Of a stretch of 64,000 bases of DNA, positions 1 to 14,547 are shown piece after piece. Within the stretch, counting starts at the first letter, position 1. Each line of letters opens with the position of its first letter. The stretch lies in the NCBI RefSeq assembly GCF_964204645.1, contig NC_134028.1, forward strand, positions 3,100,001 to 3,164,000, in the 5' to 3' direction. Under the pieces are notes generated by a model. It was not told the DNA's origin. It searched no databases and saw only the letters and a list, made by a program, of their open reading frames with translations. Made by a program: the position numbers and the translations under genes. The DNA comes from Tubulanus polymorphus (lineage: Eukaryota; Animalia; Nemertea).

Positions 1-3000
1 ATACCGCTTTCCCAGTTGAAGTAATCCCCAATGGGTATATCGGGAGACGAGCCGGCTTTTTGACGTCTGAGGAAGTACATCTGATCGATGTAATAAAGTC
101 CGCCGTAAATCGTGTAGATCGGATCGACGAAACATAGAACATTGTGTATCACGAACGCTAACTCAGAGTCTCGAGCGTTGATCAGTGAAATCGACATGTA
201 TGGAATGAAAGCAGCCTGAAAGTATGTGAAATTAAAATGATCTACAGGAACAGACAGTTTGAGTTGCTAAGATTTTAGATATACTTTTAGTAGCTCAGTG
301 GGCTAAGGCATGCTGCTGTAGCATTCACTATCGGTGGGCAAACAGGTTCGAGTCCTGGAGACTGCCTACAAGTACGTCCCCACAGTGAGGTTTAATGAAT
401 AATCCAATTAAGCAAAAATAAACAAATGAATATACGTACGAAGAAGTAAACAGTCGGGATAACTGATAACGCCGAGTCGAATGTCTTAAATGCGAATGAA
501 AAAACGTACGACAACAATGTAACCATCGGCATATAAACCAGGTACAACGTAATCAACGAGACAACAGCTCCTAAATACATGATTGATGGCATCTGAAAGT
601 GAATAATCGAGGTTTCATCAAAATGCATGAAATTTACGAATCATTCTCGTAAGCTTAAACACCGATGTTAACTTACATAAAACATGAGCATGACCATGAT
701 GGATAAAATAGCACAGAATGAATATTGTACGATGTGAACGAAAAACATCGATCCCCAGTAGACTAGCATACGAATACCAGACACTCGCAACTGATTACGA
801 GCCTTTAGCTGTAAAAACAATTATTGAAAACATTAATGTTCAGCTGTATACTATCGCAGTACTGACACCATTAGTATATATCAAAACAATACCTGTTTAT
901 CCTTTACGATATCACCGGCAAAGTTAGCCGGTAACATAGACAGCGCGATGCCCAGAAACAACGTATGACTGTACATCGTCGGTGGTATAAGATTAGGATC
1001 GATCGCCGGCCACAGGAACATGCTAGTTTCGATGGTAACAGGCGCGAGAGTTTTGACGAAACCGTTTGATATCAAATTGAGTAGAACTGGTACCGAGTAA
1101 ACAGCCGTATCATTGTACAATAACGTTAGATTATGAACCACCTATAAATATTCCAAAAAATGCATTTCAATAGTTGTATAATCATTTACAAGACAGTTAT
1201 TTGGAGTCCTAAGTTGCATAATATTCACCTGATTGAAAGTGCCAATCTGTAAGCCGAGATGATGAGGTGCAATATCCAATAAGTTTGTGCTGGCATTTAT
1301 TTGCTCAAGATTTACACCTTGTTGCCGTATGTTATCAAGAAAGGTCCTCACTGCAGCAGAGTTATCTACAGAATGTTAAGCGCAGAGTTCTTTTAATATC
1401 GAATTGAATCCTACTTAAAATCGGCCCCACTTTAACAGGAGAAAACAACGTACCTTCGCTGGTATAAACCATTGATTGTGCAGTTGTGTACAGAATATGT
1501 TTGAACGGGATGACCTGAGGAACTTTTGGTTTAGGAATCACAACCCTAGTACCAATGACCAGACCTATTATAACGAATGCAACCGGAAATATCAGTCGCG
1601 ACCACAGTAGAGTCTTATTACGACTGGCTTGCTTGTAATGTATTCGACACAGTGCCCAGAAGCGTTGTTTCGGTACGCTGACCGGCTTCATATCCACGGC
1701 GCTGTCCATTTCTTGCACAATGTCGATCGCGCTCGGTCGGAAATCGATATGCGAGTTATGTAGTTGTAACAGTTCCATACGTTCAGCGGAACGCGACTTG
1801 GGTATGCAAACGTGATCAGGCATGTGTCCTTGAGCCATCAAATCAGGATTTTCATCATCCTCTGAAATGATTTGACATACAATTAGTTATAACCACTTAT
1901 TTCATAAAATATTACTTGCTTGTTTTCAATGTCTTGGTTACGTTGGTTTTAAAGGCAACTGATAAATCATACAGTTTACTTACCAAGTTTCAGGAAAACT
2001 TCCTCCAATGTAGTCATAGAGATACCGTAGTGTTCAATGCTCATATCACGAGATTCAATCACCGCGAACAGACCTGCAAATCGCACGATAACTAAAACAT
2101 GTAGATTCTTCTCGTGAAGTAGGTTACCGAATAATGAAATAAAACCACAGATAAAAACCTGCGAATCTACTCGATTCTGGTAGAGGTAACAGAATGCTGA
2201 GCTCTTTGCCGTGTTGTCTCGTTACAAAAGATGATGGAATATGCTGCTTTACGACTGCTTCAATGGATTCAGAATAATCCGGATTTTCGAGAACCAGGCT
2301 AAAAAATAAATTCATAAAATTTTGGTGATGACAACCGAGGTAAAATGAAAGGTAAAGTGAAAGGTTTGAATGACTACTTACTTGAGATGGTAACCAACAC
2401 CGAATTTGTTTTTCAAAAAGAGTGACGTTCCACAACACTGTAGCTTGCCCTTATTCATGAAGATTTTTCTATCTGTTGGAATCAGAATTCGGACACGATT
2501 GAAAAATCACGCTTGAATTAGTAAATGACAACAACTGAGAAATCAAATTCGAACCTGCAAGTATATCCGCTTCATCCATGAAATGAGTGGTTAATATGAT
2601 CGTTCGTCCAGGACGTCTGGCCTTCAAAACATTCCACAATTGTCTACGCGAGTACGGATCCATACCGGCCGAAGGCTCGTCTAAGAATATTATCTACAAA
2701 TAAATTCAACAGGTTCATACGCCTTAAACCAGTATATCTCTATATTGGACAAAATTCCCAAAAATCTGCAAACAAACCTTAGGATCACCGATCAAAGCGA
2801 TTCCTACGGATAACTTGCGTTTTTGTCCACCGCTAAGCGTCGGTATAAGTTGATTAGCTTGTTCAACTAGATCCATATCCATGAGAATCTGCTGTACCTA
2901 TAATCCGCGATTTACATGAAAATTGATCATTCATGACCGAGAATCTTATGTAAATCATATGCGATCTTGAGTTCATCTTTCTTACCTCGGTTTTTACTTT

Positions 3001-6000
3001 CTCAGGAGGAACATTTTTCAGATTTGCATATAATTCGAGGTGTTCGTGAACGGTTAAGTTGTAAAGAAGGCAATTCTGTTGCGGACACAAACCGGTCATT
3101 CCGCGTATTTCCAACATCTCAATCGGATTAGTTATACTCTATTGAAATAAGATCGGAAAAATATCCAGAATATTTCAGAAAGCCCTGAAAAACGTCTTTA
3201 ATTGGAATGGTTTATACTCACATGTCCACAAACAGTAGCGGATCCTGATGTAGGAGTAGTTAATCCAGTTAACATGTTGATTAACGTCGTTTTTCCAGCT
3301 CCGTTGTGTCCCAAGAAACAGGTTATATGCCCTTCATAAACATCGGTATTAAAACCTGTAACATGCACAGAATATTCAGAGGTCATTGTCGAGGGAAACT
3401 TACGATTAAGACAATAAACTCAGGATCTTATAATCAATATTCGCTTGTAAATTAAGAATAGTTGATTTATTCATACATACCATCGACAGCCATAGCATTG
3501 ACTCGACCGAACCAGGTTTTGAAAGCTTTTGTTAAATTAACGATTCTGATCGATTCTTTTCCGATCAATTCCTGCGGCACGGCCTCGACGTTCGCGTCGA
3601 GCAGGTTGTTGTGATTGGTGGCGCTACTGTTCGCGTGCGTCTGATCACCGAGAATGTGAGTTCGTTCGTCCGCTTCTCGTCCGCTCGGACACCAGTACGA
3701 CGGCAGGAAACAGAACCACGGCGGCTGACTCGGTCGGTAATCACCTGAAAGATATTTTCTCGAAGATAAAAGACCACGATGAAAAATCTTGTTCAGCCGA
3801 TGAAACTTAAAATCTTTTTGTCGGTTTTTCTATGATGAGAATGAATGAAATAATTCAATTCAGCAATTTCATGAGTTAGTCGATTTCCCACGTCATTCCA
3901 TTATGAAAAGTATTTTCCCTCTGAAATTTGCTCGACTGATCAATAAAAATATGAGAAATTGAAGAATGTGATGAATATCGAAATATCGTCAAAAATGTGT
4001 GCTTAAATATCACCAGAAAAAGAATAAATATATCATAGTAAAAGTATATATATATAGTAAGCGATATTTCACTGAGATTTTAGAATGGCCAAAAATTAAA
4101 GAGTGCATTCAAAAAGAAACGACCTGATCAGAAATCATTGATTTCCTCAGATGATTACAAGACAAAGATGTAGTTACCCTCAGATAACTATCTATCATTC
4201 AATCTCGACGATTATACATGAAATCAAATACTGTTTGCCGGTCATTTTATGAGCTTAGGATTTCAGAAGTTTACAATAGATGATTAGCAGTAATAGTACC
4301 AAGGAGGGCTTAATTCTTCATGCAATGTATCATGCAATAAAGCATTAATTATGATTTCCCGAGAGTTTCAAGTATTTGATCGTTTTCAATAGAGCAGTGT
4401 TATAATAAAATCATAATACGTCAAAATTGTTTTCCGTATCCCGGACTGAAGTGGTATAAACTTAAAATATTCAAATGCGTCCTGTGCCTGAAAAAAAAAT
4501 GATGTGCCTTGAATAGAATAAAAAACAATTAAGCCAATGAAGATCATTCACCATAAAATATTCCATCAGTGAGTTTTCTGAGAAGAATGAGAAAGAGAGA
4601 AAAAGTGAGAGAGGAGAGAGAGAGAGAGACAACTACAGCCTGAAGTCTGTCTGTTCTAATAAAGTAAATCTCTGTAAGCAAATGATTCATGATTCATAAC
4701 GGTTTCATTACAGTGAGCCCCATGAGCCTCGCGGTAATGAACTGAATCCCGGAATCATCATTTCAATTCCTCATTTTGATTAATGACTTTGCTCAGCCGC
4801 GATACGAAGAAATCAGTCGGAAAGCAGCAGGTTATCAGACATCGATGTAACCGTCTTAAATGAGTTTCATAGTCGATCAGTTAATGTCGAGAATTTGAAT
4901 AAAAAATACTTGCCCGAGACATATCACGAGATATATCATGAGACATATCACGAGACATATCACTCGTCCTTAGATTATCATTGCAAATGAACAGATCAAC
5001 AAGCTGCAGACGCCTGTACATGTACAACAGTCTGTGTGTATGTGTGTGGTGTACACCAGAACAGAAATATTTTTAAGAAGAAACTTTGTTTACGGTATTA
5101 TGATACAGTAGTAATATATAAAGACTGCACAGTATAATAAACGAACAAGTGAAAATACACGCAACTTACTAGCTTGAAATTTCCGATAACATATTTTCAT
5201 AATTTTACCTAGAAAGTGACGTTTAATGGCGGGTGAAGTTACTATCGATCAACAATGAAAAATAATGTATACATAAGTCAAACTCGTGTTCGAAGGAAAA
5301 ATATCAACATCTACGAAACGTAAAACGCGCGAAATCCGCATCGAAAATGATTCCGTAAGTTGATATTTTACCAATCCGGAATTCCATACATCGACTAAAA
5401 ATATTCTACAAACCAATAAATTCCATTTCATGCAATTGCGCAATACACAAAACATCTACATTAGTTTGAAAATATATATATATCGAAAAACATAGGAAAC
5501 AAATGTTACTAACTAGCTGTTAGAATATCCTTTGATTGATAATCTATTATATAATTTACGTGGCGTGACATGTCTATGGTATTTTTGGAACATGCAGTGG
5601 AGATCTGACGATCAGCTGTCAGGTTTTAGAGGTGGTGAACTTGGTACAAAGTGATATTTCTTCTACATCAAAGAACACACAAAGTGAACCTTAGAGATTG
5701 ATTATCAATATTCTTAGCAATAAAATCCGAAAATTCAAGTTCAAGAACTTTCAGTTAACTCGAAGCATCAAATGCATTTAAATAGATATCTTAAGATGAA
5801 CGCGACAATTGATGTTTTTATAAAGAAACCAAAATATCAATTTTCATTCAATAAACTGCCAAAAAACTGAAAAACGTACAAAGTAAATTTAATTCAAGTG
5901 GATTTTATTTCACTAGTTGGAAAGATGGTAATAACTACTTTTTGTATTGAAAAGCGCAGCTACAGCCGAGAGGATTGACAAGCAACGATGCATCCATGCA

Positions 6001-9000
6001 GGTCGTTAACAAAGGTCGATTGTACGTCTGCCCTAAACTCACTCACCAGAATCACTGAAGCGAGATTATTATCAGTGATACAAACACAGCGACTCTGGCA
6101 AGTGAGGATGGTCTATTCTATTGTGGTCGATATAACGAGAAACTTACTTGGGAGAACGTTGTCGAAATAAATAGCGAGAAGGAAATAAATAACGAAATCG
6201 ATGATCAACATGATGAATGGTCCGTAAAGTGGAAACGTTCCGAGCGACATCTTGTCTAAAGTGGCGCCACCGTGCAACATATCGAGCAACGCAATCTAAG
6301 AAAACAAAGAACATTTTGTCAAGTTGATAAGAGTTGGGTATGCATTTTCCTAATGGGATAAATGTCGCGTTGGACAATCTCAATCTCATATAACGGCATA
6401 AATGTCATCTAAAATAAAAGCCAATTGTCTATGAATTCATGAATAGCAATTCCCAGCGAGAGACAATAAAAGCAACATATGAAAGTCATTTATGAAAATA
6501 GAGAAGTACAGTAATGCACTTCTGCTCGGGCAGGAAAATCAATACCGTCATATAACATTATCGACTCGTTGACCAAAAATTGTTTCACGCGGATAACTGG
6601 ATACCATTTCAGCGACGATTCATGCAGAAACCTAATACAGCAAGAATTCATCAAGGCTTTCACATAATTCAATACCGTTGGTTTATACTGGTAGTCTCCA
6701 GTGGAAGCAGATGAAATTTTTTAGTAACACCGGTTATATCCACCAGAGGTTTTACGAGGAAGGCCATCTCTTTGGCTTTTACATCCACCCCTATGAAAAT
6801 TAGCCACCTTGATATCTGCTGTTTCTCAACATATTAAGCCAATATTCTATTGATGCTTACAACAACAATTGCTTCATAAAAAATTTTAAGTTAACATAAA
6901 AATAGCAGATTGCACCAAGCTAGATCAAATGATTTGCTACTTCAACGGTCACAATCTAATAGACTAATACAACTCCTCTAAAATCCCAGCGTATGAAGAA
7001 CAAACACTGCATTTATCTGAGAAACTTACACGATCAGTAGCAAACGCAATAGCTGTCGGTGACAATAAACATAGTAACCATTGTTCAGCAGGTGAATACG
7101 ATGACTCTGGAATTCCGTCTGCCCCGACAGTTCGACTCAGCGCCACCTATAAGGGAAATTTTTCATCGAACTCAGCCACACTCAGATGTGGAGAATAGAT
7201 AAGATCGAAACCCACTACTTACAAATACAAATTGACACAACATTCTGGACTCTGTCTAGAGACCACTGTCTGACTTATAGAGAGTCCAAAACGTTGTCAT
7301 TTCGCTTATAATTCATGATTAACTAACTTTGATCCCATCAAATACTTTCTATAAATACATCATAATGAATATCTTTCAAACAACAAATTCTGAAAATTTC
7401 ACGCTTACCGGCAAATACCCGACTAATGATAACGCCAACACGATGAAACTGCTGACCGAGGCAGCGACGCGCGTTTTATTCGAGAACGCCGATATCAGAA
7501 ATCCCATCGCGATCAAAGTCAGTCCATAGAGGTAGAGAAACAATGCTATCAACAACCAGTTCGAATACATGAAAACTTTGAATAGGTAACCGATTAACGC
7601 GATTCCAGCGGTGACTAAAAGAATCACGATCGCGTACACTATCAACCAAGACAACCTAAAACGAAACCAGATTCTTAAATTCTTTCAGCGGTGAAAAATG
7701 TTTACCCTTTAGTGCCGCGGATAATTTGAAAATTCCGCCCCAGTGCATCGTATAATGGGCATACTGCAACAGTCCGTCGACAATGCAGTGCATTAGCATT
7801 AGCTAATTGCATCACTGATTTATACATCGCATCACGTTATTGACGCACTGAAAGGCTTAAAAAATGCTCCTTTTTTAATCTCACAAACAATGAAATTACG
7901 AAACTTGAAATGATTATAATAAGGGAAAAAATCGGAAGGGCCAGTGCGTTTTTAACAAAATCTGCAGCAATTTTCATCAAAACGTCAAAATTATCTCATC
8001 GGCAGGGATACAAAAATAGTGGTATTTACCACTAGAGAATACCTACCAATACGGTGAGTTGAGTAGACCCATTATTTGCATTGTCTCTTTGATCTTGCGC
8101 TCTTTATCGTAGACCAGGTAAACTACGAGATACGTGAGGAACGGTGTATACGACATCGGTATATAGATACTATACAATATCTGTAACACTTGTATGCTCG
8201 GATAATGAGCGTCTTTCGGCATCATTTTCACTTGATATCGTTGTTTCGGAATAGTTTCATTTGATTTCCACTGAAATATTTCGAGAAAAAAAAAAATACG
8301 CCATATAAAATGGAAATCACACCACGCGTGTAAAGGGCACACTCTAATCATTTCTAAAAATAACTTTACTGGCGCAATACTGATTTCAATTGAATACAGG
8401 CACGCCGCAATAGCTGCATAGAAATGGATTAATTTCATTGGGGTCCAATAAAGGCTTTAAAAATTAATATCAATGATCTGAATAATGGGAGCTTTTAATG
8501 TTGTACGGCATTCCACTGAGAAATCTTAGCTGTTTAGGCATTCCTTTGAGACATTTTTGTTTGTCGACCAATGAATTTGTGTAGTTGCCACTGACACTGA
8601 CACTCCATACGTGTTTATGTATAACTGCGTGAAAAGATTTAAATCTATCATGGAATCACTGTAAAAAGTGGGTTTGGGCAAAAACTCGAGTTGGTTCACC
8701 GACACTTAATCCATTCCTATTCTTAACGAGCTTCTTCAACTAACTAATATCAAAAAGGAAACACAGGAACAACAGCTTCATTTAAAAAATTCAAGTGATC
8801 TATTTCAGTATTGCTGGAGCTGGATACTGATGATATAGTACCTACCTGTATAATAGCTGTATCTATGGCAACTTGTAGCACGGCAAAACCGCTGTACAAA
8901 AAATCATTACTGGGACAGTTACCTTTAGACAAACCAGATGGACCATCATGACAGTCAGCTGAAAATATGATAAAACATAATCAAAACCAAATCATTGAAG

Positions 9001-12000
9001 CTGATATCATTTGAAATCATTATGCTGATATAGCTTGCCTATCTATCTATTAATCAAAGCCTCCAAGATTGTGACACTGGACTCAGTTAATGGACTTTGT
9101 TGGTTTTTTTAAATTATTCAACTCTAAATTTGAATACCCAACAATTATGGAATTGGTGTGCTACCAACAGACTGGCCACCTTATTCGACTTGCTTTTCCC
9201 TGACTTTTCCCTGCCACGCACATTGTTCTCCCTGACTTGATTTACATAGATGGAAACTATTTAACAATGTGCGATCTAGCAATCTCAACAAATCTCCCTG
9301 ATTCTTAGCCTTTTTTCTTTTACAAAATTCCCTCGACTATTCCTCGAGTTTTTTAAAGAAAAGAAAATTTCCTGACTTTCCCTGATTACTGGGTGGCGAC
9401 CCTGAGCCAACAGTGTGTAATTTCAAATGCATCAATTCTCCAATCCACCAGCGTGGTAACAGTAACAAAATGTATAAACAGTTCATACATGTACCTGCAG
9501 ATGCAAATGGTAATATTTGACTGGTCAGACTGAACTGTTCAGCTGGTAGACGTATCGAGTAGCTGATCGTATCGCCATCTATTGTGAAGTTTAATCCGGC
9601 GTACCAGGATGTATAGTTCATCATGTAATCGACTTCAGCTTCGGTATTATTGGTGACGAACACGTATCCCGGCCTGGCCGTTACGTTCAATGTCGCGACA
9701 ACTGAATCCAGGATTCTTCGAATATCCGCCGTATTCTCGGACACAACGAGAATCGGACGATTCCGTAAACTCGTCGGAATAAACTGCGATTTCGTAATAT
9801 TCGTTGTCGCCATGTCGGTGATAGCGGGCAGTTTGGCGGGCATAACTATTCGTCGAACCATTGTCAGAATGAGAATCAGTGTGATTGGATAAAGAACCTC
9901 CTGAAATACACACAAATACATCTATATAGAGACACTGTCCACAATTTGACGGGTGGATAGATCAATTTGTAATGACGGGTGGATAGCTCAATTTGTATAT
10001 CATCCCTTTGACCGGTGGATAGCTCAATTTGTATATCATCCCTTTGACGGGTGGATAGCTCAATTTGAATATCATCCCTTTGACGGGTGGATAGCTCAAT
10101 TTGTATATCATCCCTTTGACGGGTGAATAGCTCAATTTGTATATCATCCCTTTGACGGGTGGATAGCTCAATTTGTATATCATCCCTTTGACGGGTGGAT
10201 AGCTCAATTTGTATATCATCCCTTTGACGGGTGGATAGCTCAATTTGTATATCATCCCTTTGACGGGTGGATAGCTCAATTTGTATATCATCCCTTTGAC
10301 CGGTGGATAGCTCAATTTGTATATCATCCCTTTGACGGGTGGATAGCTCAATTTGAATATCATCCCTTTGACGGGTGGATAGCTCAATTTGTATATCATC
10401 CCTTTGACGGGTGATTAGCTCAATTTGTATATCATCCCTTTGACGGGTGGATAGCTCAATTTGTATATCATCCCTTTGACGGGTGGATAGCTCAATTTGT
10501 ATATCATCCCTTTGACCGGTGGATAGCTCAATTTGTATATCATCCCTTTGACCGGTGGATAGCTCAATTTGTATATCATCCCTTTGACGGGTGGATAGCT
10601 CAATTTGTATATCATCCCTTTGACGGGTGAATAGCTCAATTTGTATATCATCCCTTTGACCGGTGAATAGCTCAATTTGTATATCATCCCTTTGACCGGT
10701 GGATAGCTCAATTTGTATATCATCCCTTTGACCGGTGGATAGCTCAATTTGTATATCATCCCTTTGACGGGTGAATAGCTCAATTTGTATATCATCCCTT
10801 TGACTGGTGGATAGCTCAATTTGTATATCATCCCTTTGACCGGTGGATAGCTCAATTTGTATATCATGCCTTTGACGGGTGGATAGCTCAATTTGTATAT
10901 CGTCCCTTTGACCGGTGGATAGCTCAATTTGTATATCATCCCTTTGACGGGTAGATAGCTCAATTTGTATATCATCCCTTTGACCGGTGGATAGCTCAAT
11001 TTGTATATCATCCCTTTGACGGGTGGATAGCTCAATTTGTATATCGTCCCTTTGACCGGTGGATAGCTCAATTTGTATATCATCCCTTTGACGGGTAGAT
11101 AGCTCAATTTGTATATCATCCCTTTGACCGGTGGATAGCTCAATTTGTATATCATCCCTTTGACGGGTGAATAGCTCAATTTGTATATCATCCCTTTGAC
11201 CGGTGAATAGCTCAATTTGTATATCATCCCTTTGACCGGTGGATAGCTCAATTTGTATATCATGCCTTTGACGGGTGGATAGCTCAATTTGTATATCGTC
11301 CCTTTGACCGGTGGATAGCTCAATTTGTATATCATCCCTTTGACGGGTAGATAGCTCAATTTGTATATCATCCCTTTGACCGGTGGATAGCTCAATTTCT
11401 ATATCATCCCTTTGACGGGTGGATAGCTCAATTTGTATATCGTCCCTTTGACGGGTGGATAGCTCAATTTGTATATCGTCCCTTTGACGGGTGGATAGCT
11501 CAATTTGTATATCATCCCTTTGACCGGTGGATAGCTCAATTTGTATATCGTCCCTTTGACGGGTGGATAGCTCAATTTGTATATCGTCCCTTTGACGGGT
11601 GGATAGCTCAATTTGTATATCGTCCCTTTGACCGGTGGATAGCTCAATTTGTATATCATCCCTCTGGACAGCGTAACTATGACTGTTGTATTGCTCGATT
11701 TTAATGGCCTTATGGCCTTTAACTGGTTCAATTTGCTTTCGTGGAGATGGAAAAAAATTGTTTGCCCGTTTCTAATTCGGCACTCGCATTAATGGAGGAA
11801 GTTTAATTAAGTTTAAATCACTGGAGCACAGTTCGTATACAGTAACTAGACCGTCCGTCCATCTGGCTTGTCATATATTCAATTAACTGATCAATACACT
11901 GGTGTATCACTCTATCCTGGTATGATGATACACAGTAAAGCCCCCGATGATGACGATCGACACTGGGTATCCATCCGTCTGCTCAGTTATAATCACAGTA

Positions 12001-12433
12001 AATGTGTTTATTATACCGCTACTGATGAAGTCATGCAATGGCTAATCTATCATCGTGGTCAACTATATATCAGTACTAACTGTCATGTTGATATATACGC
12101 GCGTTCGTTCGCGTGCCTTGTAGAGCATTTATCAAACAGCTTCTCTCTTCGCTACCCATTGAAATTCAAGTCAGTTCCATTTCGGAATTATGACTGCCAT
12201 AACAGTTGCACAAGGTCTCATGAGGCAGTGCACACGACATGATTGTGTTAATCCACAAATGGATTGAGGTGAAAGTTACCGTATAAAACAAACTTTGTCA
12301 GATGAATATGAATAAATTAACAGATTTTCTGCAGTAGAACCCCGTAATAAAAATGACTAAAATTATCAAATCATTTAATTGAAAAGGATGAAATATAACT
12401 CAACACAGACAGATAAAGCTTATCAGCGCATGT

Positions 12434-12527
<94 letters not shown>

Positions 12528-14547
12528 GCAATTCCTTCTATGTAGAGGTTTCGAAAGAGCGACAAGTATCATCAGATTCAAGTATGATATGTAGGTACTG
12601 TAGGTCTAAATGATAGAAACGAATGCACTGAAACAACTATAAACTGAGACGACACTAAACTGTGACTACCACTCTCGACATTTGTTGCCTAGCAACGCAT
12701 CAATACCGTACATTGATATGATGCGGCCACATATGATACACGTTGGGCCAATTGCGATGAGAGCAAACTGATAAAACTGGGAGACGGATGGGAAGAAAAA
12801 AAATGCAATTTACTAAAAATATTCATAAAATCAAGCCAAAGTCGCTTGAATTTAAGATGAAAAACATCATCTAAAGGTTACTTGTGAATACAATTTTAAG
12901 CATAATACTGATTTTTTCATAAAATCTTAATTTCTGAAAGTGAAAGTAGCAATTTTTATATCGGAGAAACCCATTCCAGAATTAGATCATTGAATCATTT
13001 ATATTTCAAAGGACTGTCTGATTTTTTGTTCCATTTGATCAACCAATAGCATTTTATTTCGCAATTCTTTTGGCATGGTGCCCCAATTTTCAGTATAAAA
13101 TACTCCCGATCAAACCAATTCTTTGAAATCCAGATCCAGCAAGTAAGTAAGGTAGCTACATTTTGAACAACGCAAGTTCGTAATTGTACGTACAGTCCGA
13201 TTAACTATGCCTCTAATTTTGGATATCATTTGTTTTTTTCTGAAATTGCTCTGGTGGTTTTTTAAACCACTGGCACAGCTTTTATCGCAATTACCGGTAA
13301 GTCTTTTAGAGACATTTTTGAAATGGCTGATTCAATATTTGGGGAATGTTGCACTGAGGTGGATTTCCCCTCTAATTGTCAACCGATTATTGACTATTCT
13401 TCATGGTCAATAATCACAGAATGATTGGTTTTTAAAACGTCCCCAGCCAGCAAGTAAGTAAGGTAGGCTGGCTTACACAGAATTTTGAGCTTTTAAGCAA
13501 GTTATTAACTGTACGTACACAATCGAAGCAATGATGCCTATACACAATCGAAGCAATGATGACTGTACACAATTGAAGCAATGATGCCTTAGATGATGCC
13601 AATGATGCCTGATAGAGAAAACAAAAATAGAGAAAAAGTTCAGTTAGGCCTATACAATGATAGGTCCTTGTAGCCTACCTACTTAGTGCTGGATGGGATA
13701 AGAAGCTACGCTTCTATGTGGACTAATGTGTGAGGGCGTTCTCGTCGCAGTCCATGTCAGTAGCCTTTAGGAAATTTTATCCTCTTAGTAATAATAGAAG
13801 AGAGTATATTTCTTAATGGCGAAGCTAACACTCACACACCATGAGCTGCATTAAGCCTGAAAAGGCTAATTGGTGCACTTATGCCATGGATCAAGCAAGC
13901 CGAGATGAGACAACTGATTTAGAGATAAATCACCAATTCACCACACAATGTCAACTAATCGCAATCTCGCACATATTCACTTGAAAAATTACTATAGAAA
14001 TTCTTTTCCTGAAATAATATTAGCCGACTGGATAAACTTGCCACAGATTCAGAATGAATCTAGGAAGTGATTATTTAGCCTTATAAAAGATATTTTGCTG
14101 GATCCATATATTTTGTAAAAATAAAATCATTATATTTGGTTTAGGGTTAGGGTTTCGATAGGGTTAGTGTCAAGAGGTTGAGAAGAGGGTCCAGAGGGTT
14201 CCGTTTCATAACTAGGGATAGGGTTAGGCTATAAAACATTCGATTCAGGTGGGTTTCAGCGAGCTCGGTGGTTTAGTGGGATGAAACTGCGCTAGTAATT
14301 ACTGGCCCGGGTTTGAGTCTCGCTCTTTCTGCTCTTATGCTATTTTCTCAAACTCTGTTCTCCACACTTCCGGTAAAATAATCACTTCCATAAATCAAAA
14401 TAATTTGTAATACTAGTTACTAAGTTAGGGTTTTTTAACTGTCACCAGGTCACCTACCTGGAAGGTTCTGGCCTTTTCACGGTTTCTCTGTCTAATATTC
14501 CTCAACAACAGCGCTTTGAGCTGCTGCCAATAGTTATATCTCGCCAT
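1..14547 (-). CDS. ABCA5: ABC transporter subfamily A (ABCA5-like), 5' part; gene continues beyond the left edge
   Basis: Phase-consistent GT-AG exons: 14458-14547, 9495-9900, 8846-8958, 8047-8270, 7409-7655, 7030-7146, 6148-6295, 3481-3744, 3222-3355, 2986-3138, 2778-2897, 2555-2693, 2382-2472, 2159-2298, 1984-2073, 1454-1861, 1229-1350, 893-1141, 677-808, 440-592, <1-215. Motifs: N-terminus [17 protein letters not shown]; Walker [10 protein letters not shown]; signature LSGGQKRKL; Walker B/D-loop [12 protein letters not shown]; H-loop TTHFMDEAD; [34 protein letters not shown] is typical of the ABCA5 group. The ABCA family call is firm; exact orthology is less certain. Confidence 0.93.
289..367 (+). 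mobile_element. tRNA-derived SINE-like head in an ABCA intron
   Basis: A-box-like TAGCTCAGTGG and B-box GGTTCGAGTCC, but no cloverleaf acceptor stem. Confidence 0.45.
9168..9404. mobile_element. Non-autonomous TIR element (CAGGGTGGCCAC termini, TTCCCTGAC subterminal repeats), degenerate copy
   Basis: Ends CAGACTGGCCAC...GTGGCGACCCTG with repeated TTTCCCTGAC. Related copies at 36493-36638 and 56470-56692. No clean target-site duplication (TSD). Confidence 0.55.
9944..11663. repeat. 36-bp minisatellite, ~47 copies, in ABCA intron 1
   Basis: Unit GACGGGTGGATAGCTCAATTTGTATATCATCCCTTT with point variants and no spacers. Confidence 0.98.
12437..12524. repeat. (AT)n microsatellite
   Basis: About 44 perfect AT units. 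Confidence 0.98.
13516..13590. repeat. Short tandem repeat, ~23-25 bp x3
   Basis: TACACAATCGAAGCAATGATGCC repeated three times with variants. Confidence 0.8.

Noticed and set aside
289-367. tRNA gene
   Set aside because: A and B boxes are present but there are no proper acceptor or anticodon stems, so it is treated as SINE-like. The same applies to ~14260-14325.
9944-11731. CRISPR array or repetitive protein ([12 protein letters not shown])n
   Set aside because: The 36-bp units are contiguous with no unique spacers and no cas genes. The ORFs arise because the unit is a multiple of 3, and they lie inside ABCA intron 1.
12371-12594. (IY)n ORFs
   Set aside because: Translation of an (AT)n microsatellite.
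14138-14230. Interstitial telomeric repeat
   Set aside because: Only two adjacent perfect TTAGGG units plus degenerate copies; too short to support.
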